Source of the DNA: Octopus sinensis
Lineage: Eukaryota
DNA: 64,000 nucleotides
Direction: 5' to 3'
Assembly (NCBI RefSeq): GCF_006345805.1
Contig: NC_043002.1
Coordinates: forward strand, 98,580,001 to 98,644,000
The notes beneath the pieces are model-generated. The model was not told where the DNA came from and did not search any database. It saw nothing but the letters and a program-made list of their open reading frames with translations. The position numbers were made by a program, and so were the translations under genes. Shown here piece by piece: positions 1 through 13,250 of this stretch (its first letter is position 1; every line of letters begins with the position of its first letter).

Positions 1-1308
1 CATTTGTGTCCAAAAATTCGACACTAATTTAAAAAAAAAAACTTGATGAGAATTTTATGTTGGATAAGCTGTCACAGAAATGCAAAACCTAAACTAAACT
101 ATCCTGCATTTCTTCCCAGGCATAAAAAGATGTCACCAGTGAACCATAACTAGAGTATCAGTTCATGGCAATGTTGTGATTTGAATGTCTTCATTAACTG
201 TGTCTAAGATTTTGTCATGAAGATGTTAGTGAAATTAAGTGCCATGGCACATCCCTTTGATGGTAAAATTTCAGGCAAACTTCATTATGTTACTTTGTAA
301 CACAAACTTCAGTAATTTACAAAGAAAATTTGATAGAATACTTTTGTTTTGACCATTTTTCAAAAGAATTCATGTATGCTTCCACCCCCTCGTAAATGTT
401 GGGGTATAGAGAATAAACATCCATGGTTGCCAAAAAACAGTTTTCAGTACTATTTTGATGCTTAGAAAAATTGTTAATTTATTTATCACATGGTACACAC
501 TCTTCTTATTGTAGTTTTACCTTCTTGAAGAGTTATATCAATGTTCATAAATTATCAAAGTTAAGTGTAAGTATACTGATATTAATAGTGGGTGTTGGTG
601 GTGGTAGTGTAAATAAATAAAGGAACAGTGTTATGAATAATCAGTGGGTAAGGGTGAAGTTAAATAGACATAGGTGTAGCAATATTAATGTTGAGAAAAT
701 AGTGTTAAAAATAAAGGTTTAGTGAATGGAGCTTGAAATGTATAGATGGCATTTGAGAAAATGGGTTTTTTTGGGGGTTTTTTTTTGTTTTTTTTTGCTA
801 AAATCATAATAGATGCTTTACTAAAACATTTGCTAAAATCATAATAGATTGTTGAAACTCATTATTTTCCCCACTGAAATTCACTTGATATAACTGTCTG
901 ATGTTTTGCTCAACAGTTTTTGCTCTTCCTTTTCCTAAATATGCATCTCTCCATAACTTTCTCCATCTACATTTGGAACAGTTCAAACTGAATGTTTCAC
1001 ATAATCTCATTCACTTAGTCCCATTTTCCAATTTTAAAAAGCTTTATAATATTCTGTGCACTATGGCATCTCCATTGACTTATTAATGAAAACAACATTA
1101 ATGTCAGCAACAAAAAGATCCTTTAGCTACTCAAAGATAGAATTAATGATATGAAGCAGAGAACCGAAAACAAAAGACCTAGTTGCAGTTATAGAAAATG
1201 AGTTGAGTATAACTCATTGGTAGGCACCAAGGACTTGAGAGTCAGAATGTCAGCCCTCTGGAATTGTCTGTCAGCTTATGTCACACACACATTAATGGCA
1301 TCATGCTA

Positions 1309-1693
1309 GTGGAGGCGCAATGGCCCAGTGGTTAGGGCAGCGGACTCACAGTCATAGGATCGCGGTTTCGATCCCCAGACTGGGCGTTGTGAGTGTTTAT
1401 TGAGCGAAAACACCTAAAGCTCCACGAGGCTCCGGCAGGGGATGGTGGTGATCCCTGCTGTACTCTTTCACCACAACTTTCTCTCACTCTTACTTCCTGT
1501 TTCTGTTGTACCTGTATTTCAAAGGGGCCGGCCTTGTCACTCTCTGTGTCACGCTGAATATCCCCGAGAACTACGTTAAGGGTACGCGTGTCTGTGGAGT
1601 GCTCAGCTACTTACACGTTAATTTCACGAGCAGGTTGTTCCGTTGATTCGGATCAACTGGAACCCTCATCATCATAATCGATGGAGTGCTTCC
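1309..1693 (+). mobile_element. tRNA-derived SINE, family A
   Basis: A box TGGCCCAGTGG and B box GGTTTCGATCC; 14-bp TSD aatggcatcatgct (1294-1307 / 1694-1707). Confidence 0.9.
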
Positions 1694-1887
1694 AATGGCA
1701 TCATGCTCGCCAATCTCACTGGGCTTGCAAACATATGACTGTAGGAACTGCCCCTACCTCCAGATTCAGCAACAAAAGCTGGAGAAATATACTGGAGCTT
1801 TCTGAATGCACATAGAGTAGTATTTTAACTTCAGAGAATGATAAGGAAAATACACCCAATGTTGCCTGTTGTATTAGACTTTAATGA

Positions 1888-2273
1888 GTGGAGGCGCAAT
1901 GGCCCAGTGGTTAGAGCAGCAGACTCGCGGTCGTAGGATCACGGTTTCAATTCCTAGACCGGGCGTTGTGAGTGTTTATTGAGCGAAAACACCTAAAGCT
2001 CCACGAGGCTCCGGCAGGGATGGTGGTGATCCCTGCTGTACTCTTTCACCACAACTTTCTCTCACTCTTACTTTCTGTTTCTGTTGTACCTGTATTTCAA
2101 AGGGCCAGCCTTGTCACTCTCTGTGTCACGCTGAATATCCCCGAGAACTACGTTAAAGGTACACGTGTCTGTGGAGTGTTCAGCCACTTACACGTTAATT
2201 TCCCGAGCAGGCTGTTCCGTTGATCGGATCAACCGGAAACCTCGTCGTCGTAACCGACGGAGTGCTTCCATCC
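1888..2273 (+). mobile_element. tRNA-derived SINE, family A
   Basis: Near-identical to 1309-1693; 12-bp TSD attagactttaa. Confidence 0.9.
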
Positions 2274-3991
2274 ATTAGACTTTAACACTAAAGTGAATGC
2301 TAGCTTACTTGACGTTATCAGACAAAAAATGTGCTTGTATACACTTTGCTATTAAGTTGTCATGCAGTTGGCATTTCTGAGCATTTTTCTGTTGTCACTG
2401 GCATAATACTCTTATAGTGAAATTTCTTAGTAAAAACATTAAATATGCTAAATAGAAATAAATAAGAGGTGAAAAACATGAAAATATATTTAGTTAATGA
2501 TTAATATTATTTATAATTTTAGGGTAAGTATGGGAGTTAACTCTGGGCAAGCTTTTGTTGTATTCTGATCTCTTCGGCAAAGCACATCTCACATTGTACT
2601 TGCTGAAGCAGGAATTAAAATGGTGAATATATAAATTGTAATGTTGCTGACAGTAACAGGTCATTATGTTAATGATGATGTTGATGTTAATAGTTGCATT
2701 TAATACTGGGTGAATTATTTAAGGGATAGTACATATGGATAGGATAAATTGTGATATGGATAAAATTAAAGATTTGGAGTGTATGCATTAATTGTTTATT
2801 TAAACTATGTTGGTGTGAAGGGGACACGCACACACACAAAAATGTGTGTGTGTGTGTATTTTTAGACTTGTATAGAGACACACCTGGGTAAATATTATAT
2901 GCATCAGCTCATTAAACTGTTTTCCTTTTATGTCCGTGTGCTTAAGAACACTTTGATCTGATTAAGTATGCTTTGATCTCTTTCTCTCCTCTCTTCCTCT
3001 CTTTTCCTTTTTGCAGTCCTTTCTTCTTTGAGTGTATGTGAATGTTTTCTAACCATTTTCCTATGGTAGCATGTTTGGTAGCTGTAAACCCTCTATTTAA
3101 ATGTTAGAAAAGCAGAAAGTGAAAAAGAAGTAATATTAGTTTATTTTGTAAGGTTAGGAAGGGCATCTAGCCATAACTCTGCCAAAATAGATAGTGAAAC
3201 CTGGTGCAGTCTTCTGCCTGGCTAGCCCCTGTCAACTCATCTAACCCCTGCCAGCATGGAAAAACGGATGTTAAATGATAGTGATAATATATAAAACAAT
3301 CATTACTGCAAAATTTCCATGGAGAAATGGGCTTAAAATGGACAAATGATAGTTCTATAATTAAGAACGATCTGTCCAGATAGTGTCAGATCTGGCAAGG
3401 TTACTGACCGTGCCAAAAATGAGGAAGCCAAAAGCAAAAGTTGACTGCCAGTGTTGAGTGTACAATAACTCTTACGTTATCAACAACAACCACCTCTTAT
3501 GAAAATGGAAGAGAATGTCAAAGAAGAACAAGTGTTGAATTCCTCCTGTTGTCAACTTTGTCCTTTTTTTATTTCTAAGGTTGATAAAAATAAATAAATG
3601 CCAGAAAAATGTTGTAATTGGATGATAGTGACACAATGCTGTGATTTTATTCATTGTTATTTTTTTTTTTACACTAGATCTCCAGTTCGAGGACAACTGA
3701 ACCGAGTGTATGGTTCTGAAGCGAGCTTTTGAGTTCACAGCATTATAAACATAACCATATTTTGTTTTACTGTAAAAGTATTTTCGAGTTCTTCCCAAAG
3801 ATACTTAGCTAACTGACTTCAGAACAACTATTTTGATTATTATGTCATTTTAGTTATTTATTTGTTGTTGTTGTTGTTGTTTAATATTATTTACCTATGC
3901 TTCTTTATGATATAAACATCTTTATGATGTTTGCTTTTTCTCATCAAAAGTTTAAAAACAATCTCATGCACTTTATTTGATATATCAAAAT

Positions 3992-4030
<39 letters not shown>

Positions 4031-4164
4031 GGTGGAGTGCACTTATTTTAAGAAACAGATATTGGTTATCTTCACATCCATTTAATTATCAGTTCCTTTT
4101 GCAATAATAAATGTAGTTTATTGAATAAACCTTAAACAAAGAAACAAATGCTTTAGCACTGTGC

Positions 4165-4206
<42 letters not shown>

Positions 4207-4454
4207 AGGACAGTCTGGAGGGAAATGGAGGCAGTCTGCATAAAATATTAAAAAGTTGGTGAGTTTGGATAAATTTGTGTCATAGGAAGAAGTGGAATTC
4301 TGGCATGTCTGGCTTAACCCTTTGTCTGAACTTTACTCTATATACATCAATCAAATATGCACATGCATATAATATGTATGTTTATGTAAGTGTGTGTGTG
4401 TATGTGTGTATGAATAAGATAGCTACATAAATAGTCTGATGATATATATTATAT

Positions 4455-4488
<34 letters not shown>

Positions 4489-4699
4489 ATGTGTTTGAAA
4501 AAGAGAAGCATGTGCACACATACACACATTCTCTCTGTCTCTCTATTGGAACTGAAACAAGATTAGATATGTATCAATCTTGAATAATGTGTCTTGTTTC
4601 CTTTCTTCAATCCATGTATGTTGTACAAACAATATACAAAGTGGCTAAATGTCTGGACATCAGCTGCTTTCTTGGGTCTTATAACATTTTTCTTATTTT

Positions 4700-5125
4700 A
4701 CTCTTTACTCTTTTATTCTTTTACTTGTTTCAGTCATTTGACTGCAGCCATGCTGGAGCACCGCCTTTTAATCGAGCAACTCGACCCCGGGACTTATTCT
4801 TTTTGTAAGCCCAGTACTTATTCTATCGGTCTCTTTTTGCCGAACCGCTAAGTGACGGGGACGTAAACACACCAGCATCGGTTGTCAAGCAATGCTAGAG
4901 GGACAAACACAGACACACAAAGACACACACACGCATATATATATACATATATATGACAAGCTTCTTTCAGTTTCCGTCTACCAAATCCACTCACAAGGCG
5001 CATTGGTCAGCCCGGGGCTATAGCAGAAGACACTTACTTTCCCAAGATGCCACGCAGTGGGACTGAACCCGGAATCATGTGGTTGGTTAGCAAGCTACTT
5101 GCCACACAGCCACTCCTGCGCCTAT
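4700..5125 (-). mobile_element. tRNA-headed SINE, family B (CORE-like body, internal TA/TG microsatellite)
   Basis: Reverse complement of the ataggcgcaggagtggctgtgtggtaag...gaaacaagtaaaagag unit seen more than 10 times in the window. Confidence 0.85.
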
Positions 5126-5247
5126 GTTTCTTTTCAATTTACTATTGTTATGCAATCTAAGATATAACTAAGCCCAACTTTTTAAACTCGAGTGTCACAC
5201 AGAAAATATCTAGAGATAGAGAAATAAGAAAAATATGACATGGAAAC

Positions 5248-5283
<36 letters not shown>

Positions 5284-6142
5284 AAATCAGTGATAATAAG
5301 GAGAAAGCAAAAAGTAAAAATAATAAGTTAATAAATAAACGAATGTTGCAGTGATGCATGTGTTCATGCAAGCATGTGTTGTTATGTGACAGTGAGAGAA
5401 GAGAGATAGCGATAAAGACTGTAGCTTCCATTAAAAGCTTAGTCCAGAGTATTGATGCTGATGTGAGACTCTGGCATTTTTGCTTACAAAACTTTTCCAA
5501 ATTCTCTATTGAAGGAATTCTTATATTCTTCTTTTTCTGTCGTTCGTTCCGTTCCGTACAAAGTTCTTGTAGTATTTTGCCATTGTTTAACCATATTCTA
5601 TGTATCAATCAATCTGTGAAACTAGTATCTCTTTTGACACAGCAGAGTAGAATATTCTCTCTCTCTCTCTCTCTATCTCTCCGTCTTAACCTTCCACAAC
5701 AAATTACAGCAGCATCTAACGTTCATTTGGTGCTTTCTGTTGCCCTGCTTTTGCACACGTATTGACTGCAATCTTTGTCATTTCTGACAGAATTCAATCC
5801 AGTCATGGATGGCAAGCAATACACTGTATAAGTGCTTACAGTGAACATTCTTGACAACCACTTTAGCCCCACTAGATTGCTGTGTGTGTGTGTGTGTGTT
5901 AGCCAGTGGACTAACATTTTATCATAATGCTACTAACATGTTTCACAATGGCAGGAAGAGTCAAGAACAGGAAATAAAAGATAAAAGATTTTCTTTTAGT
6001 TTCTCATTTCCTTTCTTTTGCTTTCTCTTTCATTTTTCATCTCTTTCATTTTACTCCTTCACTTGCTATTTCTTTCTCCGTTTCTATATTTTCCTTTCCT
6101 ATTTCAGTTCTTCATTATCTCTCTCCCTCCCTCCTCTCTCTC

Positions 6143-6278
6143 TCATTCACTTTCTGTTTGTCTCTGTCTCTCTGCTGTCTGTCTCTGTCTCTCTGTTTGT
6201 TTCTCTGTCTGTTTGTCTCTCTCTCCCTCTCTCTCACACACACACACACTTTCTCTCTCTCTCACACACACACACACA

Positions 6279-6345
<67 letters not shown>

Positions 6346-6369
6346 TCTCTCTCTCTCACACACACACTT

Positions 6370-6410
<41 letters not shown>
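6143..6410. repeat. Compound (CT)n/(CA)n microsatellite
   Basis: Direct reading. Confidence 0.95.
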
Positions 6411-6412
<2 letters not shown>

Positions 6413-6449
6413 TAATGTTGTTTAGCCCCATTTCAGTCCTGATTGACTG

Positions 6450-6538
6450 GATTTATTATGAATGATGATTTATTATGAATGATGATTTATTATGAATGAT
6501 GATTTATTATGAATGATGATTTATTATGAATGATGATT
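6450..6538. repeat. 17-bp tandem repeat, 5 perfect copies plus a partial (gatttattatgaatgat)
   Basis: Direct reading. Confidence 0.95.
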
Positions 6539-7167
6539 CTACAATGGTCATCCCATTTTTTAAATATTTTTTCAGCTATAGATAATGATGACATTATCCT
6601 GTCTTATGCTTTTTATTTCCCTGAAATGAGAGGATAGGATTTAAAGGAAATTTAGCTATAATTTTAGCTGGCCAAATGGTTACTTAATGGGTTTCCTTCT
6701 CTGCCTCATTTAGGGAGCAAGATGTGTCTTCTACAGAAGGGAAGATTTTGGTGAACAACTCTAGCATGTGGCTTTCCTACCAAGCTTTAACAGCTTCATT
6801 TATACCACTTTAAACATTTGCAAAACATTTAAACATTTTGGAAAAAGAAAAAAAAAAAAAGGAAAAGAAATGCACAAAAAATATCTATGTCCCTATTTTC
6901 TATTTCTTACTACAGACATGTCTCTGTTAGATGCATTTATCAAGGCAGAGAAACTGAGTGCAAGAAAATGGTATACCATATTAGATATACTGTGTATCTA
7001 TACTGGTGTCTCTTGTGTTTCTGTAATCAAACCTCACTACTCTTAACTTCCCTATTCATCTCTCTGGGAGTTGATAACTATTAATAATTTACTGTGGTGA
7101 ATTTAATCAACTGTGAACATCTTACAGCATTTTCTGGGAGACCAAAATTTTAAGAGTTGTGGCAACA

Positions 7168-7566
7168 TCTTTATATATAAAAGTGAAGTTGTGTGTCTGT
7201 CTCCTACGATTTAGATTCCTAACTACTCCCACATTTTGCAGTGCAGTTTAACCAAAACCGGGTATCTTATAGTCGTGATTTATATTGAGCCCTTCTGGGT
7301 ATTAGCGCGCGTCTACGATGAGTCTACGATTTAAAAACAAATTTACCATCATTTTTTTTCCATTTTAATGCATTTTTTCGCTATTTTATAAGGGAAGTAA
7401 CTCTCTAAAAATGTCTACGATGAGTCAACGATTTTAAAAAAAATTTACCATCATTTTTTTTCCATTTTTAATGCATCTTTTTGCTATTTTTTGGCTATAA
7501 CTCTCTAAAAATGCTTATATAGTTATTTCCCTTACAAACCCGAACAACGCCGGGCGATACTGCTAG
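7168..7566 (+). mobile_element. Non-autonomous Helitron
   Basis: Inserted between A and T; 5' TC, 3' CTAG; subterminal hairpin cccg-aacaacgc-cggg; no TSD. Confidence 0.88.
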
Positions 7567-9023
7567 TATTATATAAAGGTGACTGCGTATTTTACAGTAC
7601 CCAAAACTTGGTGCTGTGTAAATCTCCACTTTATGTGTATATCTTCACTACATGGTTTATGTTGTCTTTCATCCTTTAAAAATAAATAACAATAAATGCA
7701 AGGTGCAGGCAAAGTAATTGAAATAGTTAGTAAACAAGACATGAATGAGTCAAAAACATCGTTTCCATGGTAGTAGATTTAATGCATTGCCCACTTATGA
7801 CTAACACCTGGCACCCTGGGAGCTTTCAGCAGATTCTGCTCTCTTGCACAAATTTAGACCAGGTTTCTAGTTTCAGAATTGAGAATACCTCCCACCCTCC
7901 TTCATACCTGTCTCAGAAGCCTTGTGAAGGGTCATTGCTACTATGTACCTTCTCGAGTCCTAAGTATTCATTTATTTATGTATTTGTATGTACATAAGAG
8001 TTGTTGTTATTTAGCCCTGGGACAACCATGCTCAAGCCAACATATGAGAAAAGTAAGGTTGTGACACAGTCTCATCTTACTTACCCCCTAAATGATTTTT
8101 ACATTTATTTGTTTATGTTAAAGTTCTGTTGTTTACAAAAGACTAAAGTCTATAGCTTGTTTGGGCCCCATATATTTATGGTTTCTATACAGTATGTGAC
8201 ATAAGATCACACTGGAATTTTAGTAACTGGATTTAGAGGTATGTTTTTGTTTTATATATTTATTTTTCAATTAACCTTTTTTTAAAATTCCATAGATTTG
8301 TTGATAAAATATTTATATACATGGATAAGCATGACCTTGCAGACACACACGTAGACACATACATATAGATAGACTCATGTGTGTAAGCACATAAGTGTCA
8401 TACAAATAGCATCCAGATACCAAAAGTAGAGTAAAGTACAGAATTGTATTGAAGGTAAAAATTTTCTCAAACTGTTATCTTGATGAACTGTTATGTAAAA
8501 CTCAGAGTAACACAAATAAGTAATACAAATAACTCAAACAAACCAGTGAATCTTATATCATGAGGTATAAGAGAAGTGTAACGTTTTGGATAGAATCTTT
8601 TTGTCAGACAGGAGAGAAATGTCAACTGGAATTAGTGAGAGAGAGAGAGAAAAAGGAGTAGTAACAATTGTTAGTAAAGAAGGGGGAAATGGTTTCAGTT
8701 GAATTACAGTATAAAGCTACATAAGTGACTTAAGGACTGTTAGTTTCATGCATAGCACTTATCAAAAAATTAATAGCCCTTAAGTTACTTCTCACACAGA
8801 CATGCACACACAGACATGCACACATGCATGCATGCACACCTGCATACACAGTGCAGGTATGGCTGTGTGGTTATGAAATTTGCTTCACCACAACGTATTT
8901 CAGGTTCAATCTCATTGCCTGATGCATTAGGCAAAGCATTTTGCATACCTTGTAATACAGTTTGGGGCTGACCAATTTCTTATGAGTAAAATTGACAGAT
9001 GGAAACTGAGAAGCCTGTTACTT

Positions 9024-9059
<36 letters not shown>

Positions 9060-9703
9060 CTGTAGTGTAAAATATGGATCCAGAGTCATGTGGCTATGAC
9101 AGTACACTCCTCACCCAGATTCAGCCATCAATCTATGTTGTAACCAATGTGATATTTCCATGCTGAAACTGATTATTGATAAAGAAGGTTATGAAACAGC
9201 TGTAATCATATAGAAGTCTATGGATAAAGAAATCTATCTTTACTTCTCACACTTCCTGACATTATATATATCATATATATATATATATTCTGTACCAGTG
9301 CTATGTAAAAGCACCCATGCCAGTGACACATAAAAGGCACCTACTACACTCTGGGTGGCTGGCATTAGGAAGGGCATCCAGCTGTAGAAACCAATTCAAA
9401 TTCAGACTGGGATCTCTTGCAGCTCTCCAGTTTACCAGTTCCAGTCAAACCATCTAACCCATGCCAGCATGGAATGTGGACGTTAAATGATGATGATAAT
9501 GATTGTGTGTGTGTGTGTATGTCTGTGTGCATGTGAGAAAAACATTTCACTTAATAAGAGTACTAACTTAGTGCTGAAATTTGATGAAGATGGGTAAGCG
9601 AGACAACTCTAAAGTCTCTATCAAGATAAAATATTGAAGTGAGAAAAAGGTGAGAAAAACATAGTATGTATGTATAGATGTATGTGTGAATGTATATACC
9701 TGT

Positions 9704-10089
9704 GTGGAGACGCAATGGCCCAGTGGTTAGGGCAGCGGACTCGCGGTCGTAGGATCGCAGTTTCGATTCCCAGACCGGGCGTTGTGAGTGTTTATTGAAC
9801 GAAAACACCTAAAGCTCCATGAGGCTCCGGCAGGGATGGTGGTGATCCCTGCTGTACTCTTTCACCACAACTTTCTCTCACTCTTACTTCCAGTTTCTGT
9901 TGTACCTGTTTTTCAAAGAGCCGGCCTTGTCTCTCTCTGTGTCACGCTGAATATCCCTGAGAACTACATTAAGGGTACACGTGTCTGTGGAGTGCTCAGC
10001 CACTTACACGTTAATTTCATGAGCAGGCTGTTCCGTTGATCGGATCAACCGGAACCCTCGTCGTCATAACCGACGGAGTGCTTCCATCC
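9704..10089 (+). mobile_element. tRNA-derived SINE, family A
   Basis: Third copy; TSD atatacctgt. Confidence 0.9.
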
Positions 10090-12348
10090 ATATACCTGTA
10101 TATTTCCCATTCATATACATACACCATATTATACATCATATACCTATAACCTGAGTATGAAGTTGTACACATCTGTGTTTGTATGTGCATAGAATAGTAT
10201 AAATTTTGTAAATGTTTTGTCGATCATATGACTGGCTAGTATTTTTCAGTAATCATAAATATTGTAAAATGGAAGGAAACAGATCAACAAAAGATACCTG
10301 AATAGATGTCACTGATTTTTAACCTCTCTGTATGTTGCCATAACTGATAAAGGACCTCGCACAACAAAACATCGCTGTTCTACTAACAAAGTTCTAAGTT
10401 GTTCTTGATATGCACAGATAACAATCAGCCTGACTGTCGCACGTACACACACACACACACATGTGTGTGCATGTCAACACACACAATGTGTAAAGAAATA
10501 TGAATGTGAAAGTGTTTCTTGCTCAGAATGAAACCACTCATCTCCTTGAGCCTTACAACCAGCATTCATCCTAATACATATGAACGGGTTGGCAATAGGT
10601 GGGCTGGCTATAACCCACAAATGGGCATCAGATCTTTCTTAAGACCTTTTCTATTTCACTGTCTTCGCAGGGCATTGCACTGTAGATGCTTTTAAGATAA
10701 CTTTTTCTGTCATGATTTTTAAAATTTTTGTCTTATAGAAGCAATTCCAGCCATAGAAAATGAGGAGATAGACTAAGATATTTTCATATGTATGAAATGA
10801 GATAATATTTATGGGGCTTATGAGCAATTATAAAATGAGTGAAATAGGGCTTTTACAAAAAGAAGTGTTACTGATCCTTACTTATAGAATTATACAGATC
10901 TCTGAACATGTAGGATTATACAAATGCGATTCATTCCACAGCTAACCTATGCATGTTTTACTTTGGTACGATGAATGTTTTTACTATTCCAGTGTTTTAC
11001 AGAGAATATGCTTGTACATACATACAGACATACACATATTTAGTTACATATCTATCATGTCTGAGACAAAATATAGTGATGTCTACCTAATATTTTTCTT
11101 GATCAGTGTAATATATCTGTCATATCAGAAATGTAATATGGTGATGCCCATCTGATATTTTCCCTGGTTACCACAGTATAAGTGGCCTGCCCTTTGGGGT
11201 GGAATTGTGCAAGAGAATGGAGCACATCTTTATATAAAATGATTGTACCAAGGCTGCTGTAATTGATTACTACCTTCCTTTCAAAACTGCTGAAATTGAA
11301 ACAATTATTTTTATCAATTATCTCAGTTTCCAGTTATGATTGCAGGCATGGCTATCTGATTTTAAGTTTAATCTCTTGGAAAAGTGTGCTATCTTAGCCT
11401 TGGGTTGACTACACCCTTGTCTTTTACTTAATCAATTGTCTAACTTAAGAACTGCTACTCCGTCCTTAGGTATGTTTAGTGGAATCCACCTTGTACCCAA
11501 CTTTTGGGTCAGGTCTCTAGTTTTAGTGAGAGAATAACTTTCTCTTCTCTTCTCATTAAATCAAATAAACAATTAAAAATGAAAATATCAAATTTCTTGA
11601 AACTTAGCAATGGATTTCAAGAGCTGTTTAAAGAAATAGTATTGATCACACTAACCTTCCCTCCTTACACAATTTGGATTTGAGCCTGTTTAAATGAATT
11701 ATGCATTGTCTATTTGTTCGTGTAAGCATTTCAACAGTTATTTCATTATTTAATACACATACATGCCATGTACTTACATGCATACATACCATTTAATCTG
11801 TTTGTATACACACTCACACATGCATACATGTGAGTGTTTATACAAGTGTTTTTTTTTGTAATATTTATAGAATATTTCATAAAAATGTAAATTAAAATGT
11901 AATTTCTCCTGTCGGAGGTTTCTGTTTATTAGTTTATTTCTTAAAATTTACATCCATTTTATCATCATTAGTATTTTTTGGCAATGCTTAGATAGTTTAG
12001 ACTATGGGCTTTAGTTGGCATTATTGCTAATGGATACATATATTTGGCAACATGTACTCTCTGTGTGTGTGTGCTGTATTGTAAAGGAAAGAAGCAAAAG
12101 GCTCAAAGTTAGTTCAATACTTTACACTTTTCGACACAACTGTATATTTTCTTTGTGTTTATTGACATTTTCCTCTAAAAATATAATCTATATATGTGTA
12201 TATATGTATGTCGTTATTCAGTTTATTTCTAGATTTCTTGCCAAGAGAGAAAGAACCAGTTTCTAACCTAGATCCAAGGTTCCTTCAATGGAATTTCAAC
12301 ATCAACAACAGGGTATTTTTCTCTGTGTGTGTGTGTGTGTGTGTGTGT

Positions 12349-13250
12349 GCATGCATTGATGCAGATTTGTATGTTTTATGTATGTATTCTCATGCAAGTA
12401 GTTACATATCTAGACTTACTCATATATATTTAAATGATAAAACTTCTGGAAAGTTTTACAGTTCCAGTGATGGATTGGATTTGTAACCTTCGAATTAGCT
12501 TTCTCCTTTCTGGTTTTGAGAAGCCTAATTTCTCAAGATTGGAATTTAGGCAGTGTGTTACATATCCCAGGGTCCCATTAATTACAGGTATAAACCTGAA
12601 CTTGTAATCTGGATAGAGTAACTTCACATTTCTCAATAGTTCAGCATAGGTATTCTCTTTTTCACTGATCTTCAGCTTTATGTTAACATCCTCTGGACAG
12701 CTAATTTCCACAACTGTGCACAGTTTCTCTTCTCTATCCCAAATCATTATATCAGGTATGTTGTGCTTACATTTTACTGAGGTCTTCACAGGTACATTCC
12801 ACCAGTATTCCTTTTCATTGTGGGTGGCTGTGGCTTCTACCATACTGTAAGTTTTTATTTCTTTGTCCTTGTGATTATCCTTCCGGTGGATTTCATTATA
12901 GAGTATCCTAGCTACAACATCATGTCTCATTGGTAGATAATACTGTGACGACATTTCCAGACAACTGCTTATGATGTGGATGATATCTTCGGTGTGAACT
13001 CCACAAAGTCTGCATCGGTTCTCTCATTTTATAGCTTTTCCCACATCTCTATCCCTTTCGTGTACCAGGTATTTGGTTGGTATTTCCTGTTTGAAGTAAT
13101 TAATAAAAAATTCTTGGCTTACTACATTAAATATATCAATAGCCACTTTGCTTTTAAGTTTCCATGCAGCAGAGGTCTCTGAGTACTTTGTTTTATATTC
13201 ATCAGCCCAATGTCTTTGTCTATATAACATCTATGAAAGTATTAAGTCAT
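12349..13250 (-). mobile_element. 3' fragment of an RLE-type non-LTR retrotransposon (R4/Dong-like)
   Basis: Frame 13230 to 12430 has one internal stop and reads QEIPTKYL...CRLCGVHTEDIIHIISSC (CX2CX8HX4C knuckle), RHDVVA, PDIMIWD...VVEISCP...KISEKENTY (restriction-like endonuclease). Confidence 0.88.

Noticed and set aside
1309-1390. tRNA-like sequence (A and B boxes)
   Set aside because: No closed acceptor stem; continues into a SINE body flanked by TSDs.
3472-3798. 108-aa minus-strand ORF
   Set aside because: TTG start, crosses a poly-A tract, no recognisable motif or splice signals on that strand.
5851-6465. Long ORFs rich in SL/TH/CV/YI repeats (also at 16598, 19493-19771, 40335, 46928, 28334, 30960)
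   Set aside because: Translations of microsatellites that lack stop codons.
6450-6538. Regular direct repeats as a CRISPR-like array (also 43121-43470, 16587-17224)
   Set aside because: No unique spacers, no cas genes, eukaryotic context.
9130-9210. GAAA-C-AGCU-G-UA hammerhead half-motif on the + strand
   Set aside because: The CUGANGA box is absent and stem I is poor; at best a dead relic, so it is not listed as a feature.
1972-10039. Repeated 83-aa ORFs MFIERKHLKLHEAPAG… (1972, 9788)
   Set aside because: They lie inside family A SINE copies, and the frame is not preserved in the third copy.
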